Translations under genes and position numbers: made by a program | Source of the DNA: a virus | Reading direction: 5' to 3' (one strand) | IMG/VR virus record: IMGVR_UViG_3300046758_000611 | Location: 106,222 to 170,221 of that record | DNA length: 64,000 bases | Notes under the pieces: generated by a model | Told to the model about the DNA's origin: nothing | What the model saw: only the letters and a program-made list of their open reading frames with translations | Databases searched by the model: none | Part shown: piece by piece, positions 29,345 through 38,783 of the stretch | How the letters are laid out: every line of letters starts with the position of its first letter | Position numbering within the stretch: the stretch's first letter is position 1

Positions 29345-30767
29345 AATAATCAATGGAGATAGTTTGAAAGTCCTCAAGAAACTTGAGGACGAATCAGTAG
29401 ACTTGGTGTGTACAGACCCACCTTATGGATACTCGTTTATGAATCGTGATTGGGACAAAGCAGTTCCTGCATTAGAAATTTGGCAAGAGTGTTTACGAGT
29501 TTTGAAACCAGGAGGATTCTGCTTCGTTATGTCAGCACCACGTTCAGATGTACAAAGTCGTATGATGGTTCGTTTAGAAGATGCAGGATTCAATATCGGA
29601 TTCACTCCGATTTATTGGACATACGCAACAGGATTTCCAAAAGCACATAATGTGGCAAAGACGGTGGACAAACAACTTGGTAAAAAAAGAAAAGTTATTG
29701 GAAAATACAAAACTCCCGAAGGCAACCAAGAACTAACTACATATAACAATTGGAAGGATAGTGACACGCAAGAAAGAAGAACACCCGATATAACTGAACC
29801 TGCATCCGATGAAGCAAAAGCACTTGAAGGTTCTTATGTAGGTTATCAACCTAAACCTGCGGTAGAAGTTGTGCTTGTCGCAATGAAACCAATTATAGAA
29901 AAAACCACCACTGAACAAGCAATGAAAAATGGCAAAGGAATTACTTGGTTGGACGATTGTAGAATTCCAACAGATGAAAGTTTAGATGGTGGAGCATATG
30001 CAAAAAATCCAACACCACGTGAAGGAAAAGATATGTGGACTTCCGACAGAAAAAAAGAAACCAAGTGCTTTGAACGAGGTGGTGCAGGAGAATATAAACA
30101 ACCAGACGGAAGATTCGCAGCCAATCTAATTGTACAAGACGATGTACTTAATGATGGAGTAAAACGAAGCAAAGGAAAACACACAGATAGTGGAAGTGCA
30201 TCTGGTGGTATTTGGCAAGAAAGCACAGGCAAACCAGCAGGAAGAACTTACGGAGACGAAGGATCGTTTTCTCGTTTTTACGATTTGGATTCTTGGTGGA
30301 AATCACAAATACATAAATTGCCCGAAAGTGTTCAAAAGACTTTTCCTTTTATGATTGTCGCAAAAGCAAGTAAGGCAGAAAAAAACAAAGGTCTTGAACA
30401 TCTTCCTAAAAAGAAAAGTTCTTCAATGCCGGGAAGAAGAAATGCAGAAGATATGAGCAATAGCAAAATCGACCACGATGTTACTGGTAGATTTGTCACG
30501 GAAAAACAAAATGTTCATCCAACCGTTAAACCAATTGAACTAATGAGTTATTTGATAACACTTGGAAGTCGTGAAAATGATGTGGTCGTTGATCCGTTTG
30601 TTGGAAGTGGAACAACTTGCATAGCAGCCAAAATGCTTGATAGAAAATACATCGGAATAGAAAAAGAAAAGGATTATGCAATCATTGCCAAAACTCGTCT
30701 TAAAGATGCAGAATCTCCCAACCAAGCAAGTGAGAAAAACAAAAGCAACGAGTTCTTTGCTTTTTAA
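29337..30767 (+). CDS. DNA N6-adenine/N4-cytosine methyltransferase (beta class)
   Basis: TDPPY, HPTVKP, DPFVGSGTT; ATG at 29337. Confidence 0.92.
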   Translation: MNKIINGDSLKVLKKLEDESVDLVCTDPPYGYSFMNRDWDKAVPALEIWQECLRVLKPGGFCFVMSAPRSDVQSRMMVRLEDAGFNIGFTPIYWTYATGFPKAHNVAKTVDKQLGKKRKVIGKYKTPEGNQELTTYNNWKDSDTQERRTPDITEPASDEAKALEGSYVGYQPKPAVEVVLVAMKPIIEKTTTEQAMKNGKGITWLDDCRIPTDESLDGGAYAKNPTPREGKDMWTSDRKKETKCFERGGAGEYKQPDGRFAANLIVQDDVLNDGVKRSKGKHTDSGSASGGIWQESTGKPAGRTYGDEGSFSRFYDLDSWWKSQIHKLPESVQKTFPFMIVAKASKAEKNKGLEHLPKKKSSSMPGRRNAEDMSNSKIDHDVTGRFVTEKQNVHPTVKPIELMSYLITLGSRENDVVVDPFVGSGTTCIAAKMLDRKYIGIEKEKDYAIIAKTRLKDAESPNQASEKNKSNEFFAF

Positions 30768-30768
30768 A

Positions 30769-31365
30769 ATGAAACAAACTAAAGTATTTATAGAAATCGG
30801 AACTTCTAATTTTAATACACTCGAAGTATTAGCAGAACAGGGTTGGTCTGGTATATTTGTAGAACCAGATAAATGGTATTTATCTCAAATAAAAAGATTT
30901 AAACATTGTCTATATGATAATAGTGCAATATTAGACTTTAATGGTGAAACAGAGTTCGTTAATTACGATGCCGACTGGTTATCAAACAATGAAGCAGGTG
31001 ACTTTATGTGGAAACGTGGTGTCGGTAATACACATCCTACTATTAATAATATGAAATTAAATCCAGAATGGCCTACTATTAAATTCAATGTACAAGTTAA
31101 AACTTTGAATAAATTAGTAGAAGAATATGATGTAGAACAAATTGACTTTTTAAAAATTGATATTGAAGGACAAGACCCAAAAATATTGTACGCATATGAT
31201 TTTTGTGTAAGACCAAGTAAAATTAAAATGGAAATTATTCACGCAAATTCATATGGAATTAATACAACAGATTTTAAGAACTATATGTTAAAAAACAATT
31301 ATTCTGTTTATTGTGAAGATGATTACGATACCCAAGATATTTGGTTTTTTGACAATTTAAAATAA
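30769..31365 (+). CDS. FkbM-family methyltransferase
   Basis: [21 protein letters not shown]. Confidence 0.85.
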   Translation: MKQTKVFIEIGTSNFNTLEVLAEQGWSGIFVEPDKWYLSQIKRFKHCLYDNSAILDFNGETEFVNYDADWLSNNEAGDFMWKRGVGNTHPTINNMKLNPEWPTIKFNVQVKTLNKLVEEYDVEQIDFLKIDIEGQDPKILYAYDFCVRPSKIKMEIIHANSYGINTTDFKNYMLKNNYSVYCEDDYDTQDIWFFDNLK

Positions 31366-31372
31366 TAAGAAT

Positions 31373-32491
31373 ATGGAACAAAATTATACAAAACTAGCAG
31401 ACCTTCTTGTAAGACATAGTGTGTCGTTACAGAAAGGAGAAAAGGTATTAATAGACAACACAGAAGTGCCGGAAAATATGACGATTGCACTTGTTCGTGC
31501 AGTTCGTGAATACGGAGGAATACCTTTTGTACAAACATCGCAAAGTCGCATAGGTCGTGAAGTTATGCTTCATGCAACCAAAGAACAAATGGAAACCTTT
31601 ATGAAGTTCAGTATGCCTAAGATTCAAGAAATGGATGCTTATATTGCTATTGCAGGTTCTCATAATATATACGAAACAAGTGATGTTGATCCTGATATCA
31701 AAACAATGATGTCCAAGATCACTAAACCATATCTTGATTATCGTGTAAACGAAACTAAATGGTGTATTTTAAGATGGCCACATCCTGCTATGGCACAACA
31801 AGCAAATATGAGTACCGAAGCATTTGAAAACTTTTACTTTGATGTTTGTACATTTGATTATGCTAAATTTAATCCTGGTATGAGCAATCTGCAAAAAAGA
31901 ATGCAGAACGCAGATAAAGTTCACATTAAAGGTGATGACACAGATTTGCGTTTCTCTATAAAAGGAATTAATGCAGTTGCGTGTGGTGGTACTCATAATA
32001 TACCAGACGGAGAAGTATTTAGTTGTCCAATTAAAGATAGTGTTGAAGGACACATTCAGTTTAATGCCCCAACAATTTATCGTGGAATTGACTTTGACGG
32101 AATTCGGTTGGAATTCAAAAAAGGAAAGATTATCGATGCTACTGCAAATAGTGATACAAGCACCGAGTCATTAAATGAAATTCTTGATAGTGATGACGGA
32201 GCAAGATACATTGGTGAGTTTGCTATTGGATTTAACCCATATGTTACACATCCAATGCGTGATATTCTGTTCGACGAAAAAATAGGTGGTAGTTTTCACT
32301 TTACCCCCGGTCAATGCTATGATGATGCAAGCAATGGAAATGATTCACAGGTTCACTGGGATATGGTAAAAATACAACGACCAGATTATGGTGGTGGTGA
32401 AATTTACTTTGACGATGAACTTATTCGAAAAGATGGAGAGTTTGTTGTTAATGATTTGATACCACTCAATCCAGATAAATTACTAAAATAG
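31373..32491 (+). CDS. Aminopeptidase, peptidase M29 (AmpS/AmpT family)
   Basis: [31 protein letters not shown]. Confidence 0.93.
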   Translation: MEQNYTKLADLLVRHSVSLQKGEKVLIDNTEVPENMTIALVRAVREYGGIPFVQTSQSRIGREVMLHATKEQMETFMKFSMPKIQEMDAYIAIAGSHNIYETSDVDPDIKTMMSKITKPYLDYRVNETKWCILRWPHPAMAQQANMSTEAFENFYFDVCTFDYAKFNPGMSNLQKRMQNADKVHIKGDDTDLRFSIKGINAVACGGTHNIPDGEVFSCPIKDSVEGHIQFNAPTIYRGIDFDGIRLEFKKGKIIDATANSDTSTESLNEILDSDDGARYIGEFAIGFNPYVTHPMRDILFDEKIGGSFHFTPGQCYDDASNGNDSQVHWDMVKIQRPDYGGGEIYFDDELIRKDGEFVVNDLIPLNPDKLLK

Positions 32492-32494
32492 TAG

Positions 32495-32523
32495 TTGACG
32501 AATGTATACGTATTTAATATAAT
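32495..32523 (+). promoter_or_regulatory. sigma70-like promoter, probably leaderless transcript
   Basis: TTGACG-N17-TATAAT, 6 nt before ATG 32530. Confidence 0.75.
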
Positions 32524-32529
32524 ATATTT

Positions 32530-32913
32530 ATGTTTTACGAAGATTTATTTGAATTAGAAGATGAGTATATAGAAAAGCATAATAAGTACACCTCCGGGTT
32601 TAGTTCTATATTTGAATTAAAACGAGAAAAAAAGTTTTATGCATTATACTCTGCACTTACAACGTGCCACGGAATCATGATTGGAAAAACGTTATGTAAT
32701 TATAATTTATGCGATATTAAAAAAATGAAACCAAGTGAACGTATTTTAGAAGTTTCTTATTCAGATATAATTCACTTTTTTGATATTGAAAGTTTGATGG
32801 ATGCAAAATTAAATGACCACTCATTTTCAATTAACAATACAAAAAATGAAAAAATTGATTTAATACCCGTACAGATTAGGAGTATGATAACAGATGGAAA
32901 AATATATACCTAA
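32530..32913 (+). CDS. Hypothetical protein
   Basis: ORF directly after promoter. Confidence 0.6.
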   Translation: MFYEDLFELEDEYIEKHNKYTSGFSSIFELKREKKFYALYSALTTCHGIMIGKTLCNYNLCDIKKMKPSERILEVSYSDIIHFFDIESLMDAKLNDHSFSINNTKNEKIDLIPVQIRSMITDGKIYT

Positions 32914-33151
32914 CGAAAAACCAAATATACACATACTCAGCATAGAGGACGATGAAAACGGAAACCCAAAGTTTTCGTATGAAGTTAATGATGCTTTCAT
33001 CGAAATGATTAAAAAAGAAAAAAAACTTAACAATATCGACGAACAATCAATAACAAATTACATAACGGAACTACTAGAAAATTGTTCTAATGAAAAAAAT
33101 GGTTATGGGTATAAAAAAGTAGATTTAACAGATAATAAAATTGACAATTAA
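32894..33151 (+). CDS. Hypothetical protein
   Basis: Overlapping ORF in operon. Confidence 0.55.
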   Translation: MEKYIPNEKPNIHILSIEDDENGNPKFSYEVNDAFIEMIKKEKKLNNIDEQSITNYITELLENCSNEKNGYGYKKVDLTDNKIDN

Positions 33152-33169
33152 CAATTAAAATAATAATAT
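33141..33169 (+). promoter_or_regulatory. sigma70-like promoter of clamp/clamp-loader genes
   Basis: TTGACA-N17-TAATAT, 7 nt before ATG 33177. Confidence 0.65.
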
Positions 33170-33176
33170 ATAAACT

Positions 33177-33902
33177 ATGAAAAAAGATAAAGTACTACAA
33201 TTCATTTCTCGTTACAATCTTAATGGTAACGTAGAATCAGTTAAGTGGGAAACTAACGGAGACAACGTTTGCGAAACCACCTTCATTACCGATGACAAAA
33301 GTGTTCTCGGCAAAGTATCTGCAAAGGACTTTGAACTCACAGAAGGTGAAGTCGGTGTTTATGATACTGCAAAGTTGAAGCAGTTGTTGTCAGTCGTTGG
33401 TGACGAGATTAATGTTGAGGTTGTTGAAAAGAACGAAAAGAATGTCAGCATTAATGTTTCAGATGACACAACAAGTGTTAATTTCATGCTTGCTGATTTA
33501 GCAGTAATTCCTAACGTGCCTGCACTAAAAGACTTGCCAGATTTTGATCTGCAAATTCCTTTTAGCAATGACTTCGCAAAGAAGTTTGTTCGTTCTGCAA
33601 GTGCATTAAGTGATTGTGATACATTTACAATTGTTCCATCTAAGGACGGAATTCAATTGGTAATTGGTTATTCTACTATCAATAGCAATCGTGTTTCTTT
33701 GAATGCGATAACAGAGGGTAACGGCACAATCACAGACCCCATTAGTTTTTCCTCGAAGTATTTCAAGGAAATTCTTAATGCAAATAGTGACTCTGAAAAG
33801 AGTGTTCTCAATGTTAGTTCAAAAGGAATTGCAAGCATTGATTTTGAAGTCGGTGACTTCCGTAGTAGTTATTACTTGGTTGAAATTCAAACAACCGATT
33901 AA
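33177..33902 (+). CDS. DNA sliding clamp (T4 gp45/PCNA-like)
   Basis: 241 aa acidic two-domain alpha/beta pattern (GVYDTAKL, SYYLV); directly upstream of clamp loader. Confidence 0.8.
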   Translation: MKKDKVLQFISRYNLNGNVESVKWETNGDNVCETTFITDDKSVLGKVSAKDFELTEGEVGVYDTAKLKQLLSVVGDEINVEVVEKNEKNVSINVSDDTTSVNFMLADLAVIPNVPALKDLPDFDLQIPFSNDFAKKFVRSASALSDCDTFTIVPSKDGIQLVIGYSTINSNRVSLNAITEGNGTITDPISFSSKYFKEILNANSDSEKSVLNVSSKGIASIDFEVGDFRSSYYLVEIQTTD

Positions 33903-34858
33903 TGAATTTCTTAGAAGAAGCAACAAAGTCTCCAGTTGAATCGGAAAATAGTCTTTGGGTTGAGAAATATCGACCCAAAGACTTATCTGATTATATCGGA
34001 AACGAACCTTTAAAGAAACGAGCTGCTTCGTGGATTGAGTCGAAAGACATTCCACATTTGCTTTTGTATGGTAAAGCAGGTACAGGTAAAACTACACTTG
34101 GTAAGTTGATTACAAAGCAGATTCCGTGTGATCATTTGTATATCAATGCAAGTGACGAAAACAATGTTGATACCGTGCGTACCAAGATTAAGTCATTCGC
34201 AAGCAGTATGGGATTCAATGATCTTAAAGTTGTATTGCTTGACGAGTGTGACTTTCTTACAGGCAATGCTCAGGCTGCGTTAAGAAATCTAATGGAGCAG
34301 TTTAGTATGACTACTCGTTTCATTCTTACTTGTAATTACCACGAAAAAATCATTGAACCGATTGTCAGTCGTTGTCAAACATTCAACATCGTTCCTCCTA
34401 ATCGTAAAGATGTTGCAGTTCATCTTGCCAAGATTCTTGCTAAACAAGAAATCAAAGCACAACCAGATGATATTGCATTGATTGTAAACAAAGGTTATCC
34501 TGATATTCGTAAGGTGATTAACAATGCTCAACAGAATAGCATCAATGGCACTCTTGAGATTATCAAAGAAGACCTTATTGAAGGTGACTATAAGTTAAAG
34601 TTGTTGGACATTCTAAAGAATGCAAGTAAAGACAAAAAGAATGCTTGGCTAACTGCTCGTCAACTTATTGCAAATGAAAAGATAAATGACTTCACAGATG
34701 TTTACAAGTTTTTGTTTGATAATGTAGATGAGTATGCTCCTGGTAAAAGTGCAAACATTGTTATTATGCTTGATCAACAAACTTACCACGATAGTTTGGT
34801 GGTTGATAAAGAAATTACATTTGCATCAACCATCGCACAAATCGTTCAAACACTATGA
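33902..34858 (+). CDS. Clamp loader AAA+ subunit (gp44/RFC-small)
   Basis: WVEKYRP, GKAGTGKTT, NASD, LLDECD, SRC. Confidence 0.95.
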   Translation: MNFLEEATKSPVESENSLWVEKYRPKDLSDYIGNEPLKKRAASWIESKDIPHLLLYGKAGTGKTTLGKLITKQIPCDHLYINASDENNVDTVRTKIKSFASSMGFNDLKVVLLDECDFLTGNAQAALRNLMEQFSMTTRFILTCNYHEKIIEPIVSRCQTFNIVPPNRKDVAVHLAKILAKQEIKAQPDDIALIVNKGYPDIRKVINNAQQNSINGTLEIIKEDLIEGDYKLKLLDILKNASKDKKNAWLTARQLIANEKINDFTDVYKFLFDNVDEYAPGKSANIVIMLDQQTYHDSLVVDKEITFASTIAQIVQTL

Positions 34859-34971
34859 ATAAAAATCTAAAAGATAGGTTATATGCAGTTTATGAACTAC
34901 TTGGTGGAATGGTTGCATTTAGTTTTATTATTTGTTTACAAGTTTGGTATATTCTGACCGGTAACGAGTAA
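34855..34971 (+). CDS. Small single-TM protein (38 aa, not in ORF track)
   Basis: ATGA overlap with clamp loader stop; MNKNLKDRLYAVYELLGGMVAFSFIICLQVWYILTGNE. Confidence 0.45.
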   Translation: MNKNLKDRLYAVYELLGGMVAFSFIICLQVWYILTGNE

Positions 34972-34993
34972 TACAAAAACAAAGGTTATGTAT

Positions 34994-35026
34994 AAAAGAA
35001 CCAGTCTTAGGATTGGTTCTTTTTTT
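34994..35026 (+). terminator. Rho-independent terminator
   Basis: AAGAACCAGTC-TTAG-GATTGGTTCTT hairpin followed by T-run. Confidence 0.85.
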
Positions 35027-35075
35027 GTACTTATATAAAATGTATATATTTATGCGTGGTTAATATTTATACTTG

Positions 35076-37499
35076 ATGAATAGCACCCATATAAAAGAAG
35101 CAAATGTAGAGCAAGATATGTATTACACAGGTATTGCCGAAAAAGCATATGATAAAGTGGTGCGATTTTTAACTAAACATAAAGATAAATTAGAAGGTGA
35201 GGGTGAGAATAGTATAGTCAACAAACCATTTATACCACTTACACAATGGAAAGGTGTTGCTCTTAGAGGAACAGACATAGATAAAAACTTTCCGTCTTTA
35301 AGTGAGGTAGTATTATTTTTCATTCCAACAAAAAGTACATCACGTGGTGGAGTAACAATCGCAGGTGGTTTCACAAACAAAAGTTTGAAAGTCGGTGGAA
35401 TATCATTTAAAGGTGTAATTGTAAATGCTAATCTACTTGGTGATTACAATGGCAAGTATATGGATACTCGTCTTGATAAAGATACATTCATTCACGAATA
35501 TATACACTTTCTTGATCATTTGAGGTATCGTAGTCGTGGTTTAGGAAAAACAAGTGCCAAGTACTTAGATACACAAGATATAGAAGGATACTACAACACA
35601 CCAGAAGAATTTAATGCATATTATCAAGCAGGACAATCTCAGATAGTTCGTGTATGGAAAAATCTATCTGATCGGTTTGCACATCGTCCGGAATTTCTTG
35701 CCGACTTTAAAAAGAAGAAATTAGAAAGTTACAAATCATTTCAAGATTGGGCAATTGATGTAGAGTTTTTTGATAAAGACTTTCTTACATATATAAACAG
35801 TAAATATCTCAAAAAGTTTAAGAAACGATTAGCAGGTTTATATATGTATATACAAAAAGGTAATCTGTCGGAAATCATTTCAGAAAGCAAAGTAAAGGTT
35901 GATAGCAACTCAGTAAAGAAGTGGGCAAAGGATTTAAGAGTTCTTACCAAGGCATATAAGCAAATTGGTAGTGATAGTGAAGACCCACAGGCAATTAAAG
36001 ACTTTAAAAAAGTAAGAAGAGCATTTGGTACATTCCAAGAAAACTTTGAGAAATGGGTTTACAAATTCTTTTTACAATATAAATGGCAAGGTGCTAGTGA
36101 TAAAACAGAATCTTGGGAGGCAAAAGAAGTTCGTGAAAAGTGTTGGAGAGCAGTTACAAGTCTTGGTGGAAATTTTCCAGAGTTTTGGGACTTTCAAACT
36201 AAAAAGCATCGTGTAAGTCCACAAATACTTGCAAGAGAACGAGAAAAGAATATTCGAAGGTATCGTGCAGAATTTCGTGAAGGAATCAAAGCACTTCTTC
36301 AGTATGTTGCCATATATGGAGATCAAGAAAGAGAAAAACCAATTGAACAAGCACAAATAGGACCAGTTAAATTGGTTATTCACAACTTCAAAAGAAAAGG
36401 TGGAAGTGAACAAGGAGAAGCAAGTCGTGAAAAAAGTTTCAAGCAACTTGTAGATGGTATTAAAAGTTGGTCAAAGAAAATTCAAAAAGCAGGTTTTGGA
36501 AAGTGTATAGAAGGATTAACCGTTGATTTAGATTTTGGGTTAACAGCAGATACGGGAGAAATGGTCAATGGTGAGTATTATATGAATAAAGATATGCTCA
36601 AGTTGTACGGATGTGGAATGACGCAAGATACATTCACACATGAACTTGGTCATCGTTTTTGGTATCGTGAACTTCCCTCTAATGCAAAGAAGCATTGGCA
36701 AGATACAATTAAAAGCAAGAAAGTATCTATTGAACGTAAAGATGTAGAGGATTATGTAGAAAAGTATTTTGATAAGAATGGAAGCAAGATATACAAAAGA
36801 CGAGCAGGATTAAAAGTCATTGATAAAAACGAAGACAATGTCGAGACCAAAGCAAAGTTCAAGGCACTACAAATGACATCAGTTTACTCAACCGAGAACA
36901 GAAAAGAAGTTGTAACAAAATTAGCAGATAGGTGGGTTGGTCCTGGCAAAGAAATTCCGATTGAACACATTACTAACTACGGAAATACAAATCCAGAAGA
37001 AGCATTTGCAGAAGCATTTAAACTATATATAATAAGAGGTCCTGGTAAATTAGGAGAATGGACTCGTTGGTTCTTTCGTGAAATCGTTAGAACAGGAGGA
37101 GCAACTATCAAGGAAATTAAAATAATGAATAATAAAAAAGCATTAAACGAAGTCGCAATGAACAAAGACAATGTTCAAGAGTTTATCAAATTTGCAAAAA
37201 ACGCATTACAATTAAAAGAAAAAGTATCAGTAAAACTTTTAGAGAAACGACATGAGCATATGACGGCTGCTTGTTATGATCCGAATACCAATGAAATTTC
37301 TATATATACAAAAGGAAGAGCATTTGCTGATGTGTGTCGTAGTCTTGCCCATGAAATGGTTCATCAAAAACAAAATGAACTAGGTTTACTTGAAGCAAAT
37401 AGTGGTGAAACCGGTAGTGATATAGAAAACGAAGCAAATGCGTGTGCTGGTATTATTATGCGGAACTTCGGAGAAGTAGTTGGAAATCTTTACGATTAA
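35076..37499 (+). CDS. Large protein with three zincin-like (HExxH) metallopeptidase domains
   Basis: HEYIH (about aa141), HELGH (about aa523) with EEAFAEAF, HEMVH (about aa760) with ENEAN. Confidence 0.75.
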   Translation: MNSTHIKEANVEQDMYYTGIAEKAYDKVVRFLTKHKDKLEGEGENSIVNKPFIPLTQWKGVALRGTDIDKNFPSLSEVVLFFIPTKSTSRGGVTIAGGFTNKSLKVGGISFKGVIVNANLLGDYNGKYMDTRLDKDTFIHEYIHFLDHLRYRSRGLGKTSAKYLDTQDIEGYYNTPEEFNAYYQAGQSQIVRVWKNLSDRFAHRPEFLADFKKKKLESYKSFQDWAIDVEFFDKDFLTYINSKYLKKFKKRLAGLYMYIQKGNLSEIISESKVKVDSNSVKKWAKDLRVLTKAYKQIGSDSEDPQAIKDFKKVRRAFGTFQENFEKWVYKFFLQYKWQGASDKTESWEAKEVREKCWRAVTSLGGNFPEFWDFQTKKHRVSPQILAREREKNIRRYRAEFREGIKALLQYVAIYGDQEREKPIEQAQIGPVKLVIHNFKRKGGSEQGEASREKSFKQLVDGIKSWSKKIQKAGFGKCIEGLTVDLDFGLTADTGEMVNGEYYMNKDMLKLYGCGMTQDTFTHELGHRFWYRELPSNAKKHWQDTIKSKKVSIERKDVEDYVEKYFDKNGSKIYKRRAGLKVIDKNEDNVETKAKFKALQMTSVYSTENRKEVVTKLADRWVGPGKEIPIEHITNYGNTNPEEAFAEAFKLYIIRGPGKLGEWTRWFFREIVRTGGATIKEIKIMNNKKALNEVAMNKDNVQEFIKFAKNALQLKEKVSVKLLEKRHEHMTAACYDPNTNEISIYTKGRAFADVCRSLAHEMVHQKQNELGLLEANSGETGSDIENEANACAGIIMRNFGEVVGNLYD

Positions 37500-37963
37500 T
37501 TTTTAGGTGGGGCAAGTCTGCGAATAAGTGTTTCTAACAATGTGTATTTGTTTGAGGTAAGATCATCTACATTAGAAACTTTCCATATTACAACCGAGTT
37601 TTTTTGTGTATAAAGATATGATGGTGGACTCTTTGGATTCTTGTTTGAAGTAATAAAAATCATTAGTTTACTGTTACTTATATCTTCACCATCAATTCTA
37701 CGATACTGGTGTGTATAACAATCACTTGTAATGACTTTTTGGTAAATCCTTTCGAGTACAGGATCACCTGCTTTCATTTCTTCAATCAATGGTGCATTTT
37801 TTTGCATAAGTAATCTTGATTGTGCTTCTTTATCTTTGGGAATAGATGTTACATACCTGTCACGTGTCCATGTTTTGTAACCATACGTTAAATAATTGTA
37901 AAACCCTTCACAATACTTTGCAAGTTTTGGGTTTTCGGGACATATAAAAAAAATAAAGTTCAT
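37496..37963 (-). CDS. Hypothetical protein
   Basis: 155 aa ORF. Confidence 0.55.
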   Translation of the reverse strand: MNFIFFICPENPKLAKYCEGFYNYLTYGYKTWTRDRYVTSIPKDKEAQSRLLMQKNAPLIEEMKAGDPVLERIYQKVITSDCYTHQYRRIDGEDISNSKLMIFITSNKNPKSPPSYLYTQKNSVVIWKVSNVDDLTSNKYTLLETLIRRLAPPKN

Positions 37964-38022
37964 ATCTACATCATCGTTAATGTTTATATAACCTTTATTT
38001 TAAATAAATATAATATATATTT

Positions 38023-38475
38023 TTATTTACCTTGAGATTTCTTTTTCTTTTCTGATTTCTCTCCGTCTGCAACCCTTCTTCTAAGAGCAGAACTACTATA
38101 ATCATGCTTTCTGGAATTATATATGACTTTATCTAAGTGTCCGGGGAGATCATGACCAGTGAATGGTTTATCTTTCCAATCATCTCCAACGAAACGAACA
38201 TCATAATCAATGCCTTTTAGAATTTCCAACAAATCAGATTCAGTTTCGTATGGAATAATTTCGTCCACAAATTTACTCCCACGAAGTTGTATATATCTTT
38301 CTACAACCGATTGAACTGGTTTGTTTTTATCTGCTCTGTCTAATTGTGGATTGGTATGTAACCCTACGATTAAATAATCGCAATGACGTTTACAATCCTC
38401 CATCATAAGTACATGACCTGCATGAAATACATCCATTGCTCCACACGTAAATCCTTTAATAATTTTGTTACTCAT
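38023..38475 (-). CDS. Glycerol-3-phosphate cytidylyltransferase-like (TagD family)
   Basis: GAMDVFHAGH, VDEIIPY, GDDW, YSSS. Confidence 0.88.
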   Translation of the reverse strand: MSNKIIKGFTCGAMDVFHAGHVLMMEDCKRHCDYLIVGLHTNPQLDRADKNKPVQSVVERYIQLRGSKFVDEIIPYETESDLLEILKGIDYDVRFVGDDWKDKPFTGHDLPGHLDKVIYNSRKHDYSSSALRRRVADGEKSEKKKKSQGK

Positions 38476-38485
38476 TCTAATTTGT

Positions 38486-38677
38486 TTATTCGTCTAGCCA
38501 GTTTTTGTTTAATATTTCACTTTGAGTTTTTGCATCAAGTTTATTATATAAGTATTTAATCTTTTCAACTAATTTAACAGAACCAACGGATTTATCAGAG
38601 AATCCCTCAATCCTTCTATATCTTAATTTATACGAAAACCCTTTTATAAAGAATACGATTTGTTTATTATTGTCCAT
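38486..38677 (-). CDS. Hypothetical protein
   Basis: ATATTTATT upstream of ATG. Confidence 0.5.
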   Translation of the reverse strand: MDNNKQIVFFIKGFSYKLRYRRIEGFSDKSVGSVKLVEKIKYLYNKLDAKTQSEILNKNWLDE

Positions 38678-38733
38678 GTAAATAAATATTATAATAATTA
38701 GTTTTTATAATATTATTATAATAATAATTAAAT

Positions 38734-38762
38734 AAAAAAAAGGAGGGATAAATCCCTCCTTT
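38734..38762 (-). terminator. Rho-independent terminator after dnaK
   Basis: AAAGGAGGGA-TTTA-TCCCTCCTTT hairpin plus T-run on the minus strand. Confidence 0.85.
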
Positions 38763-38783
38763 AATTATACATTGTAAACAATG

